Assembly: GCA_904390925.1 (NCBI GenBank)
Contig: CAJFMB010000001.1
Span: forward strand, 9,167 to 73,166
Reading direction: 5' to 3'
DNA: 64,000 nt
Source: an uncultured Subdoligranulum sp.
Lineage (GTDB): Bacteria; Bacillota; Clostridia; Oscillospirales; Ruminococcaceae
The notes below the pieces were generated by a model, which worked only from the letters and a program-made list of their open reading frames with translations, was not told the DNA's origin and ran no database searches. Below, piece by piece: positions 1-12,883 of this stretch (the stretch's first letter is position 1; every line of letters begins with the position of its first letter). The position numbers and the translations under genes are program-made.

Positions 1-2
1 TC

Positions 3-881
3 GTGGATACCAATGATGCCTGGATCTCGGAACGCACCGGCATCCGCCGGCGTTATTACTGCGCCGACGGGGAGAGCACCAACACGCTCATCGCCGCCGC
101 GGCCCGTGAGGCGCTGGAATGTGCCCGTCTTCAGCCCGAGCAGATTGACTGCGTGATTGTTGCCACCGTTTCCAGCAATTATGCGTCGCCCAGCGTTGCC
201 TGCCTGCTCCAGGCGGAACTCGGGATCCGGGAAAATATTCCCGTGATGGACATCAATGCTGCCTGTGCCGGTTTTTTGTTCGGCATTGCCACTGCTGCGG
301 GCCTGCTTCAGATCTGCGGCGGTCGCCATGCTCTGGTGGTGGGGGGCGAACAGCTTTCCCGTCTGATGGACATGACAGACCGCAGCACCTGTGTTCTGTT
401 CGGCGACGGTGCCGGCGCTGCTGTCTTTGAGCGGGACGAATCCGCCGATCTCTGCGTGGACCTGGGTTCCCGCGGGGGCATGGACATCCAGATCGAGGGT
501 GTGGGCCGTCCCGATCCCTCTTACATCAAGATGAACGGCAACGCCGTGTTCCGTTTTGCGGTGGGGGTCATCCCTGACTGCCTCAATGCGGTCATGGACA
601 AGGCCGGACTTACCATGGACGATATTGACTGGGTCGTCTGCCACCAGGCCAATGCCCGCATCATTGACCACTGCGCCAAAAAGATGGGCGCCCCTGAAAA
701 GTTCTACAAAAATATTGACCGTTACGGCAACACCAGCGCCGCCAGCATTCCCCTTGCCCTGTACGACATGTACAAGGAAGGGCTTCTCAAAGACGGCCAG
801 AAGGTGCTGGCCGTTGGATTCGGCGCCGGCCTGACCTGGGCTGGTGCATTGCTCAACATTCATATGGGCGCCTCTGAATAA
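3..881 (+). CDS. fabH: 3-oxoacyl-ACP synthase III (5' truncated by window edge)
   Basis: WISERTGIRRR, catalytic AACAGF, LFGDGAGA, CHQAN, GNTSAAS motifs; heads the fab cluster. Confidence 0.95.
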   Translation: MDTNDAWISERTGIRRRYYCADGESTNTLIAAAAREALECARLQPEQIDCVIVATVSSNYASPSVACLLQAELGIRENIPVMDINAACAGFLFGIATAAGLLQICGGRHALVVGGEQLSRLMDMTDRSTCVLFGDGAGAAVFERDESADLCVDLGSRGGMDIQIEGVGRPDPSYIKMNGNAVFRFAVGVIPDCLNAVMDKAGLTMDDIDWVVCHQANARIIDHCAKKMGAPEKFYKNIDRYGNTSAASIPLALYDMYKEGLLKDGQKVLAVGFGAGLTWAGALLNIHMGASE

Positions 882-908
882 GGCCCAAAAACTCCCGGGA
901 GGTACATT

Positions 909-1850
909 ATGAAACTGCTCAACGAGATCCTCGGCACCAAATATCCCATCATCCAGGGCGGTATGGCCAACATCGCCACCGGCGAGTTTGCCGCAGCCTG
1001 CTCCAACGCGGGCGCGCTGGGCCTGATTGGCGGCGGCGGCATGCACAGCGGTGATGACCTGCGCCAGCACATCCGTCGCTGCCGCGAGCTGACCGACAAG
1101 CCCTTCGGCGTCAACATCATGCTGATGCATCCCTGCGCCGACGAGTTCGCCCAGATCGTCATTGACGAGAAGGTGCCCGTGGTCACCACCGGCGCCGGCA
1201 ACCCCGGCAAGTACGTTGCCAAGTGGAAGGAAGCCGGCATCACCATCATCCCGGTTGTTGCTGCCGCAGTTCTGGCCAAGCATCTGGCCAAGACCGGCGT
1301 TGACGCCATCATCGCCGAAGGCACCGAGAGCGGCGGCCATGTGGGTGAGATGGCCACCATGGCCCTGGTTCCCCAGGTGGTGGACGCCGTGGATCTGCCG
1401 GTCATTGCTGCCGGCGGCATTGCCGACGGCCGTCAGATGGCCGCTGCCTTTGCACTGGGCGCTTGCGGCGTTCAGATCGGCACCTGCCTGCTGACCAGCA
1501 CCGAGTGCCCCATCCATGAGAACTACAAGAAGGCCCTGCTGAAGGCCAAGGACAGCGATACCATCGTCACCGGCCGTATCGGCGGCACCCCGGTCCGCGT
1601 TCTGAAGAACAAGATGACCCGTGAGTATGTCCGCCTGGAAAAGGAAGGCGCCGACAAGATGGAGTTGGAGAAGTATACCCTGGGCAGCCTGCGCCGCGCC
1701 GTGTTTGACGGCGACACTGACACCGGCAGCCTGATGGCCGGCCAGGTGGCGGGCATGCTGCATGACATCCGCCCGGTGGCCGAGATTCTGGACGAGATGT
1801 GGAACGGCGCCAAGAAGCGCATTTCCGAGATCCAGTACATTGCCGAGTAA
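909..1850 (+). CDS. fabK: Enoyl-ACP reductase II (FMN)
   Basis: YPIIQGGMA, EGTESGGH, IAAGGIADG, SLMAGQ motifs; GGAGG RBS; fab context. Confidence 0.93.
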   Translation: MKLLNEILGTKYPIIQGGMANIATGEFAAACSNAGALGLIGGGGMHSGDDLRQHIRRCRELTDKPFGVNIMLMHPCADEFAQIVIDEKVPVVTTGAGNPGKYVAKWKEAGITIIPVVAAAVLAKHLAKTGVDAIIAEGTESGGHVGEMATMALVPQVVDAVDLPVIAAGGIADGRQMAAAFALGACGVQIGTCLLTSTECPIHENYKKALLKAKDSDTIVTGRIGGTPVRVLKNKMTREYVRLEKEGADKMELEKYTLGSLRRAVFDGDTDTGSLMAGQVAGMLHDIRPVAEILDEMWNGAKKRISEIQYIAE

Positions 1851-1877
1851 TCGCAGACCGAAAAGGAGAACCAACGC

Positions 1878-2813
1878 ATGAAACTTGCATTTTTGTATGC
1901 CGGCCAGGGCAGCCAGCACGCAGGCATGGGCCGTGATATGTACGACTCCAACGCCGATTTCCGCGCTGCCTTTGATGCCGCAAAGCTGGATTTTGATCTC
2001 AAGTCGGTCTGCTTTGACGATCCCGACGGGGTCATCAATCTGACCCAGTACACCCAGCCCTGCATGGTGGCATTTGCTGTGGGTATGACCGCAGCTTTCT
2101 ACGCCAAGGGCATCCGTCCCGAGTATGCCGCCGGCCTGTCGCTGGGCGAATACTCCGCCCTGAACGCCGCCGGCGTTCTGGACGCTGCCACTACCGTCGA
2201 GCTGGTTGCCTTCCGCGGCAAGGCCATGGCCAAGGCTGCCGAGGGCATCGAGTGCGGTATGACCGCCGTCATGATGCTGGATCGCGACAAGCTGCAGGCC
2301 TGCTGCGACGAGGCTTCCAGCCTGGGCGTGGTGCAGATCTGCAATTACAACTGCCCCGGCCAGCTGGTCATCGGCGGTGAGAAGGCGGCTGTGGACAAGG
2401 CTTCCGAGCTGGCCAAGGCTGCCGGCGCCAAGCGCTGCATTCCGCTGAAGGTCAGCGGCCCCTTCCACACCAGCCTGATGCATCCCGCCGGTGACGCGCT
2501 GGCGGAGCGCTTCAAGACGGTGGATTTCCAGGAAATGCAGTTCCCGGTGCTGTTCAACTGCCTGGGCCACGAGAAGTCTGACGACCAGACCATTCCCCAG
2601 CTGCTGGAGCGCCAGGTGCAGTCCAGCGTCTTTATGGAGGACACCATCCGTCGTCTGGCCGAGCTGGGCGTGGATACCATCATCGAGATCGGCCCCGGCC
2701 ATGCCCTGTCCGGCTTCGTCAAGAAGACACTGGGCACGTCGGTGCGCTGCATCCCTGTGGAGACCGCTGCCGAGTTTGACGCTGCCGTCGCCGAACTGAC
2801 CAAGGAGGACTGA
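1878..2813 (+). CDS. fabD: Malonyl-CoA:ACP transacylase
   Basis: AGQGSQ, TQP, GLSLGEY, VSGPFHT, EIGPG; AAGGAG RBS. Confidence 0.95.
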   Translation: MKLAFLYAGQGSQHAGMGRDMYDSNADFRAAFDAAKLDFDLKSVCFDDPDGVINLTQYTQPCMVAFAVGMTAAFYAKGIRPEYAAGLSLGEYSALNAAGVLDAATTVELVAFRGKAMAKAAEGIECGMTAVMMLDRDKLQACCDEASSLGVVQICNYNCPGQLVIGGEKAAVDKASELAKAAGAKRCIPLKVSGPFHTSLMHPAGDALAERFKTVDFQEMQFPVLFNCLGHEKSDDQTIPQLLERQVQSSVFMEDTIRRLAELGVDTIIEIGPGHALSGFVKKTLGTSVRCIPVETAAEFDAAVAELTKED

Positions 2814-2816
2814 ACC

Positions 2817-3572
2817 ATGAAGGCTGCTGAAGTACCCGCCCGCCGCGTTGCCGTTGTCACCGGCGGCAGCCGCGGCATCGGCCGCGCCATCTGCATCCGT
2901 CTGGCCAAGGCCGGCTATGACATTGCCCTGAACTATGCCGGCAACGCCGCTGCCGCCGAGGAGACTGCCAACACCTGCCGCGAGGCGGGCGCCACCGTCA
3001 TCACGGTGCAGGCGGATGTCTCCACCGTGGCCGGCTGCGATGCCCTGATCGAGGCGGTCAAGAATCAGTTCGGCCGCGTGGATGTGCTGGTCAACAATGC
3101 CGGCGTCACCCGCGACTGCCTGCTGATGCGTCTGAGCGAGGAGGACTACGACAAAGTCCTGAACACCAACCTGAAGGGCGCGGTTTTCTGCTGCAAGGCA
3201 GTCAGCCGCCTGATGATGAAGCAGCGTTACGGCCGCATCATCAATATGTCCAGCATCGTGGGCCTGCGCGGCAATGCCGGTCAGGTCAACTACGCCGCCA
3301 GCAAGGCAGGCCTGATCGGTCTGACCAAGAGCCTGGCCAAGGAGCTGGCTTCCCGCGGGGTCACCGTCAATGCGGTTGCCCCCGGCTTTGTGGGCACCGA
3401 GATGACCGACGCCATGCCGGAGGCTGCCCGCGAGGCAACCCTGGCCACCATCCCGGCAGGCCGCATCGCGGAGCCGGATGAGATTGCCCGTGCAGTGGAG
3501 TTCTTTGCTGCCGAGGGCAGCGGTTACATCACCGGCCAGGTCCTGTGCGTGGACGGCGGCATGGCGATGTGA
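2817..3572 (+). CDS. fabG: 3-oxoacyl-ACP reductase
   Basis: TGGSRGIG, NNAG, YAASK SDR motifs, VDGGM end. Confidence 0.95.
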   Translation: MKAAEVPARRVAVVTGGSRGIGRAICIRLAKAGYDIALNYAGNAAAAEETANTCREAGATVITVQADVSTVAGCDALIEAVKNQFGRVDVLVNNAGVTRDCLLMRLSEEDYDKVLNTNLKGAVFCCKAVSRLMMKQRYGRIINMSSIVGLRGNAGQVNYAASKAGLIGLTKSLAKELASRGVTVNAVAPGFVGTEMTDAMPEAAREATLATIPAGRIAEPDEIARAVEFFAAEGSGYITGQVLCVDGGMAM

Positions 3573-3760
3573 GAAAGAAGGCATCTGCCATCTGCCGGTG
3601 ACACTGCCGTCCGGTGGATGGTCTGCGGGCGGATGGAACTCCCGGCCGGATACCTTTTTTGCGGATGTTGGACAGATTGCCCCACATTTGCTCTACTTTA
3701 CAGATAGGGTATGAAGAATGCCCGCTGTAATTTTCACACAAGATAAAGAGGAGTAGTCCT

Positions 3761-5008
3761 ATGGAAAAACGCAGAGTTGTGGTCACCGGCATTGGTACGG
3801 TGAACCCCATCGGCCTGAATGCGGCTGAGACCTGGGCCAACGCTCGCGCTGGTGTCTGCGGCATCGGCCCCATCACCCAGTTTGATGCAACCAACTTCAA
3901 GGTCAAGCTGGCAGGCGAAGTCAAAAACTTCAATCCCGAACCGGTCATCGACCGCCGTGATGCCAAAAAGATGGCCCGTTTCACCCAGCTGGCTGTGGTT
4001 GCTGCCATGGAAGCTCTGAACGACAGCGGCCTGACCTTTGAGCATGATTCCCCGGAGCTGGAGCGCTACGGCGTCATCATCTCCAGCGGCATCGGCAGCC
4101 TGCCCACCATCGAGGAGGAGCACAGCCGCGGTCTGCAGCGCGGGTTTGAGAAGGTCAGCCCCTTCTTCATCCCCATGGTGATCCCCAACATGGCGGCAGC
4201 CCAGATTGCCATCCGCACCGGCTTCAAGGGCATGTGCATCTGCCCGGTCACTGCCTGTGCCGGCGGCACCAACGCGGTGGGCGACGCTTTCCACCGCATC
4301 CGTGACGGCTACGAGGATGTGATGGTGGCCGGCGGCACCGAGAGCTGTGTCAGTGAGCTGTCCATCGGCGGCTTCTCCAGCATGAAGGCACTGACCACCG
4401 CCACCGATCCCAATGCGGCCAGCGTTCCCTTTGACGCCCGCCGTTCCGGCTTTGTCCTGGGCGAGGGCAGCGGCGTTCTGGTTCTGGAGGAACTGGAGCA
4501 TGCCAAGGCCCGCGGCGCCAAGATTTACGCCGAAATGGTCGGTTACGGCGCCAACTGCGATGCCTACCACATCACTGCCCCCGCGCCCCATGGAGCCGGC
4601 GGTGCAGCCTGCATGACGGCAGCCATGAAGGATGCCGGCATCAACCCCGAGGATGTGGACTACATCAATGCCCACGGTACCTCCACCAAGATGAACGACT
4701 CCTGCGAGACTGAGGCCATCAAGACCGCTTTCGGCGACTGGGCCTACAAGCTGTGCGTTTCCAGCACCAAGTCGATGACCGGCCACCTGCTGGGCGGCGC
4801 CGGCGGTGTCGAGGCTGTCTTCACTGCGCTGGCTGTGCACGACGATTTTGTGCCCGCCACCATCCACTACGAGCAGCCGGACCCCGAGCTGGATCTGGAT
4901 TATGTGCCCAACGTGGGCCGCGAAAAGAAGCTGCGCTATGCCATGAGCAACAGCCTGGGCTTCGGCGGCCACAACGCCTGCATCGTCATGAAGAAGTGGG
5001 AGGGCTGA
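3761..5008 (+). CDS. fabF: 3-oxoacyl-ACP synthase II
   Basis: [37 protein letters not shown]; GAGGAG RBS. Confidence 0.96.
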   Translation: MEKRRVVVTGIGTVNPIGLNAAETWANARAGVCGIGPITQFDATNFKVKLAGEVKNFNPEPVIDRRDAKKMARFTQLAVVAAMEALNDSGLTFEHDSPELERYGVIISSGIGSLPTIEEEHSRGLQRGFEKVSPFFIPMVIPNMAAAQIAIRTGFKGMCICPVTACAGGTNAVGDAFHRIRDGYEDVMVAGGTESCVSELSIGGFSSMKALTTATDPNAASVPFDARRSGFVLGEGSGVLVLEELEHAKARGAKIYAEMVGYGANCDAYHITAPAPHGAGGAACMTAAMKDAGINPEDVDYINAHGTSTKMNDSCETEAIKTAFGDWAYKLCVSSTKSMTGHLLGGAGGVEAVFTALAVHDDFVPATIHYEQPDPELDLDYVPNVGREKKLRYAMSNSLGFGGHNACIVMKKWEG

Positions 5009-5012
5009 ACCA

Positions 5013-5504
5013 ATGACCTTTGAGTCCCAGATTCCGGCAGCACCGCGGGAGAATGCCACGGTCCTGACCTGCGACCAGATCGCCCAGATCCTGCCGCACC
5101 GCTATCCCTTCGCCCTGGTGGACCGCATCCTGGACATGGAGCCGGGCCAGTGGGCCATGGGCCGCAAGTGTGTCAGCGGCAATGAGGCCTTCTTCTGCGG
5201 TCATTTCCCCGGCTACAAGGTCATGCCCGGCGTGCTGATTCTGGAAGCCATGGCACAGGTGGGCGGCGTTGCGCTGCTCTGCCAGCCGGAAAACAAGGGC
5301 AAGCTGGCCCTGTTCGGCGGCATCAAGAATGCCCGCTTCAAGCACCAGGTCACCCCCGGCGACGTGCTGGAGCTCCAGTGTGAGATCATCCGCCGCATGG
5401 GCCCTGTGGGCTACGGCATGGGCCGTGCCTTCGTGGACGGCAAGCTGGCCGCCCAGGCAGAACTGACCTTTGCTCTGGTGGACGGCGAAAACCCGGCCAA
5501 GTAA
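5013..5504 (+). CDS. fabZ: 3-hydroxyacyl-ACP dehydratase
   Basis: [24 protein letters not shown]. Confidence 0.95.
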   Translation: MTFESQIPAAPRENATVLTCDQIAQILPHRYPFALVDRILDMEPGQWAMGRKCVSGNEAFFCGHFPGYKVMPGVLILEAMAQVGGVALLCQPENKGKLALFGGIKNARFKHQVTPGDVLELQCEIIRRMGPVGYGMGRAFVDGKLAAQAELTFALVDGENPAK

Positions 5505-5521
5505 ACTCTGATTCACAAACC

Positions 5522-5563
5522 AAAGCCGGCAGGCACCCGTAAAAAGGTGCCCGCCGGCTTTTC
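5522..5563. terminator. Intrinsic terminator between convergent fabZ and XRE gene (likely bidirectional)
   Basis: AAAGCCGGCAGGCACC-loop-GGTGCCCGCCGGCTTT imperfect inverted repeat with A/T flanks. Confidence 0.75.
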
Positions 5564-5625
5564 TGCGTTTGGTATCTTTCGTGGTGGATGGAAAATGAGG
5601 TGCGAGGGGAAGCGTTTTCTAAAAC

Positions 5626-6699
5626 TCAATCGGAGGAACACGCTGCCCGCTCCCCGGCAAGCCATGCCTCAAAGGCAGGGTCTCCCCGCAGGAAGGCCAT
5701 ATCCGGATCGGTGTCCGCCTGACGGATCAGCTGGGCAAACATGGTGCGGTAGATCTGGGCTGCCTGCTGACTGCCGTCTGGCTTCTCCGGCAGATGGCAG
5801 AAAAAGGGCCGCATGACCGGCGCTGAAACCGGCTGCTTTGCCGCGTCGGACAGCTGGCGCAGCAGTTCCAGTGCCTGGTCTTTGTGCCGGCGTTTCAGGG
5901 CGGCAAGCAGTTCCAGGTGGATGCCCAGATAGGGCGGATACCCCATCAGGTCCAGCATCCGGCGGCCTTTCCGGGCCAGGTCGGCGGCATCTTCCCGGCG
6001 GCCCTCGGCGACGGCTACCTCCACCAGCGTGGTCAATGCCTGGACCAGCGCCGCGACAGACATCAGCAGCCAGCTCTCGGTGACCCGCCCGGCCTCCGCC
6101 CACTGTCCCTGACTGCAATACAATGCAGCCTGCAGCTGTTCCTTGCCGGGCATGACCGGACCCGGCATTTCGGACAGAAGTGCCTGGGCCTCGGCGTAGC
6201 GTCCGGCGTCCCGGTAGCGCATGACCAGCATCCCTTTGGCCTGACGGGACACGCTTTCATCGGCGGAGGCGGCGGCCTTCTCGTACAGGGTCAGGATCTC
6301 CGGCAACAGCTCGTTGCGGCGCTCCGGCCGGGATGCCGTCAGCCCGTCCAGCGTGATAGCCAGATTCAGCTGTAATAGGGCGCTGGCGGGGTATTCCCGC
6401 AGCTTGCGCCGGGCCAGGTCCAGGGCGGCATCCAACCCTTTTTCCTGGTAAATGGTGTGCAACCGGTTCAGCAGTTCGACGATCTCGCTGCGGGAGGGTT
6501 CGGCGGCAAAGTCCAGCAAGGTGTTGGGGTCGGTCTCCAGCAGGCGGGCTAAGGTTGGCAGCAGCGTCATGTCTGGCAGGGACAGGCTGTTCTCCCACTT
6601 GCTCACCGCGGCGGCGGTCACGCCCAGGGCATCGGCCAGCTGTTCCTGGGTCATACCCAGCATGCCGCGGCGGCTGCGGATGGTTTCACTCAGTTTCAT
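5626..6699 (-). CDS. XRE-family HTH regulator with TPR-like helical C-terminal domain
   Basis: MTQEQLADALGVTAAAVSKWEN...PD HTH followed by all-helical repeats; ATG at 6699 with GAGGA RBS (ORF track start 6846 is too far upstream). Confidence 0.85.
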   Translation of the reverse strand: MKLSETIRSRRGMLGMTQEQLADALGVTAAAVSKWENSLSLPDMTLLPTLARLLETDPNTLLDFAAEPSRSEIVELLNRLHTIYQEKGLDAALDLARRKLREYPASALLQLNLAITLDGLTASRPERRNELLPEILTLYEKAAASADESVSRQAKGMLVMRYRDAGRYAEAQALLSEMPGPVMPGKEQLQAALYCSQGQWAEAGRVTESWLLMSVAALVQALTTLVEVAVAEGRREDAADLARKGRRMLDLMGYPPYLGIHLELLAALKRRHKDQALELLRQLSDAAKQPVSAPVMRPFFCHLPEKPDGSQQAAQIYRTMFAQLIRQADTDPDMAFLRGDPAFEAWLAGERAACSSD

Positions 6700-6860
6700 T
6701 TGGCAGTCCTCGCTTTCCGGTCGGGAAAATGATTTGTACTCCGGATGCCCACGGCCGTGTCTGCTTCCGTTGTCTTTATCATACCACCGTCCCCGCCCAC
6801 CACACAATGGAGCCGTTGTTGACCAAAAGTCAAAAAAATCAACCATCGGTTGAACGGCAC

Positions 6861-6904
6861 AAAAAGCCCGCCGTACAGTGCTGCCACTGTGCGACGGGCT
6901 TTTA
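6861..6904. terminator. uvrA terminator hairpin
   Basis: AAAAGCCCG-C-CGTACAGTG...CACTGTGCG-A-CGGGCTTTT; U-tract on the minus strand. Confidence 0.75.
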
Positions 6905-6924
6905 TCAAGAAAATCGGATTTTGC

Positions 6925-9851
<2,927 letters not shown>

Positions 9852-9855
<4 letters not shown>

Positions 9856-11909
9856 TGCTTTCCTTTCCCCCTGTTCGATTTGCGTCCACCCCGACGTTTG
9901 GCGTCGGCGGCTTTGCGCTCTTCCGCGTCCATGGTGGGGTCTTCGCCCCGCTCCAGACGCTGGATCTGGTCCCGCAGGAAGGCCGCATGCTCAAATTCCA
10001 GCACCCGGGCGGCCTCCTTCATCTCCTTGGTCAGACGGGCAATGGTCTGCTCCCGCTCGGCCTTACTCATGCGGCGCTGGCGCAGTTTCTTGTTTTCCTC
10101 CGACATACTGATTTCCAGCCCGCCTGCAATGGCTTTGACGATGGTCTTGGGCGTGATGCCGTGTTCCTTATTATAGGCATCCTGAATCGCCCGGCGGCGC
10201 TCGGTTTCCAGGATGGCCCGTTCCATGCTGGAGGTCACCTCGTCAGCATACATCAATACCACGCCGTTGGCATTCCGGGCAGCACGGCCGATGGTCTGAA
10301 TCAGGCTGGTCTCGCTGCGCAGGAACCCCTCCTTGTCGGCATCCAGAATCGCAATCAGCGATACCTCCGGCAGGTCCAGGCCCTCGCGCAGCAGGTTGAT
10401 GCCCACAATCACGTCGATGGCGCCCACACGCAGGTCCTTGATCAGTTCCATTCGCTCGAAGGTGTCCACCTCGTGGTGCATATACCGGGCCTTGACGCCG
10501 TGTTCCTCCAGGTAGTCGGTCAGATCCTCCGCCATCTTGACGGTCAGGGTGGTCACCAGAGCGCGCTCGCCCCGGTCAATGCGGGTGCGGATCTCGCCCA
10601 GCAGGTCCTCGATCTGGCCCTCCACCGGACGCACCATGATGATGGGGTCCAGCAGGCCGGTGGGACGGATGACCTGTTCCGCTACCCGGCTGGAGTGCTT
10701 GCGCTCGTACTCGCTGGGGGTGGCACTCACATAAATGGTCTGTCCCACCTTGGACTCAAACTCCTCGAAAGTCAGCGGCCGGTTGTCAAAGGCGGAGGGC
10801 AGCCGGAACCCGTATTCCACCAGGGTGGCTTTACGGCTGTGGTCGCCGGCATACATGCCCCGTACCTGGGGCAGCATGACGTGACTTTCGTCCACCATCA
10901 AAAGAAAATCCTTCGGGAAGTAGTCCAGCAGGGTGGTGGGGGTGGACCCCGGCGCACGGCCGGACAGCACTGCCGAATAGTTCTCGATCCCCTTGCACAT
11001 GCCCACCTCCTGCAGCATCTCCATGTCGTAGTTGGTGCGCTGGGCAATGCGCTGGGCTTCCAGCAGTTTGCCTTCCTCGGTAAATTTCTTTACCTGCTCG
11101 TCCATCTCCTGGGCAATGCGGGCAAGGCCGGCCTTCATCTTCTCCGGACTGACAATGTAGTGGCTGGCAGGGAAGATGGCCACATGCCGCACCACGTTCT
11201 GGCGCTCACCGGTCAGGGGGCGCATCTCGCTGATGCGATCGATCTCATCCCCGAAAAATTCCACCCGGATGGCCAGGTCGTCCATATAGGCCAGGTAGAT
11301 GTCCACAATGTCCCCGTGCACCCGGAATTTGTTGCGGGTAAAATTGATGTCGTTGCGCTCATACTGCAGGCGCACCAGACGCCGGCAGAGTTCGTCACGG
11401 CTCATTTCCATGCCGGGGCGCAGGCTGATGACCATGCTGCGGTAGTCGATGGGGTCGCCCAGCGAGTAAATGCAGGACACGCTGGCCACAATGATGACAT
11501 TGCGCCGCTCGCTCAATGCCGCCGTGGCAGAATGCCGCAGACGGTCGATCTCGTCATTGATGGCGCTGTCCTTTTCAATGTAGGTGTCAGTGGAGGGAAT
11601 GTAGGCCTCCGGCTGGTAGTAATCGTAGTAGGAAACAAAGTATTCCACCGCATCGTCGGGGAAAAAGCTGCGCATCTCGGTGCAGATCTGGCTGGCCAGG
11701 GTCTTGTTGGGCTCCAGAATCAGGGTGGGACGGTTGCAGCGGGCAATGATATTTGCCATGGTAAAGGTCTTGCCGGACCCTGTCACGCCCAGCAGTGTCT
11801 GGCCTTTGTCGCCCTCCCGGATGCCTTCCACCAGTGCCTCGATGGCCTGGGGCTGGTCACCGGTGGGGGAGAAGGGGGCTTTCAGATGAAAAATGGACTC
11901 CTCTTGCAT
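9852..11909 (-). CDS. uvrB: Excinuclease ABC subunit B
   Basis: [42 protein letters not shown]-terminal UVR domain; ATG at 11909 with AAGGAG RBS. Confidence 0.98.
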
Positions 11910-12019
11910 GAACGCTCCTTTTCTGCCCGACGGGCAGACGGCAGCGCCCCGAAGAGGACCGGAAGCTGGTCTGAAAACGGGACGCTGTCTCACATTTAAC
12001 AACAAATGGTTGTAACTGG

Positions 12020-12048
12020 ATTATACCACGAAAGCACCGGATAGTAAA
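12020..12048 (-). promoter_or_regulatory. Sigma-A promoter for uvrBA
   Basis: Minus strand TTTACT-17 bp-TATAAT with extended TG. Confidence 0.65.
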
Positions 12049-12076
12049 TACCGCGCAAAACAAATTTGACGCCGGG

Positions 12077-12769
12077 TCATGGATTGGCGGTCTCATCGGG
12101 GTTCAGCATCCAGGTGATTCCGTCGGCAGTGCGGCGGGCGGCATGCTTGCCGTGGCCGCCGGGGTTCAGCACAAACTTTGTCCGGATGCCCTGGGCCTGA
12201 AAATGCGCTGCCAGCAGTTCGGTGTTCTGCTGTACCGTTTGCAGATACGGGTTGCGGGTCCGGCATTCCCGGTCGCCCACCGAAAAATAGAGACAGTCGG
12301 GGCGGCGCAGTATGGCATGCTCCTGCACAAACGCCGGAAGCCCCGGATACCACAGCGACCCGGAGACGCTGGCAGCCCGGGCGAACAGGTCGGTGCGGTA
12401 CAGGGCGTACAGGGCAAACAGCCCGCCCAGCGAGTATCCGGCAATGCTGCGCCAAGCTGGCGGCACGGAAAGCCGGGATTCCACCTCAGGCAGTATGGTT
12501 CCCAGAAGCAGTTCCAGATACTCGTCGGCGCCGCCGGTGCAGGGGTCGGCGCCGGGGGCCAGCGGCGGGCAGTCCCAGGGTGCCATGTCGTGTCCCCAGT
12601 CCAACCCCCCGATGACCGCCAGTGTACAGGACGGGTTGCCTGTCTGCCGGAGAGCATCATAAACCTGGCTGCCCTCGCCCCCGAAGGTATTCAGCACCAC
12701 CAGCGGCGCCCCGGCGGTGACGGACGGATAGACGGTGATTTGCTTTCCCGATGCGGAAAATCGTTGCAA
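12077..12769 (-). CDS. Alpha/beta hydrolase (putative esterase, IroE/Fes-like)
   Basis: GYSLGG nucleophile elbow, SVSGSLWY, VGDRE, C-terminal GGH; TTG start with GGGAGG RBS. Confidence 0.8.
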   Translation of the reverse strand: MQRFSASGKQITVYPSVTAGAPLVVLNTFGGEGSQVYDALRQTGNPSCTLAVIGGLDWGHDMAPWDCPPLAPGADPCTGGADEYLELLLGTILPEVESRLSVPPAWRSIAGYSLGGLFALYALYRTDLFARAASVSGSLWYPGLPAFVQEHAILRRPDCLYFSVGDRECRTRNPYLQTVQQNTELLAAHFQAQGIRTKFVLNPGGHGKHAARRTADGITWMLNPDETANP

Positions 12770-12799
12770 AACAGATCCCTCCCCAATCCGGGCATTTTC

Positions 12800-12848
12800 T
12801 TGACGCCCGATGCTGGAAAAATTATACTATTTTTGTAAGGAAAAGCAA
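12800..12848. promoter_or_regulatory. Overlapping divergent sigma-A promoters (esterase / MmcQ gene)
   Basis: + strand TTGACG-17-TATACT (12800-12828); - strand TATAAT at 12821-12826 with TTGCTT 16 bp upstream. Confidence 0.6.
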
Positions 12849-12883
12849 AGGGAGCAGCCTTGCACCGGAAAGGAAGCGATGCC

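Noticed and set aside
11910-12076. LexA box and structured leader upstream of uvrB
   Set aside because: Only half-site matches (AACAAATGGTT, AAACAAATTTG). The hairpins are short, GC-rich and could be chance.
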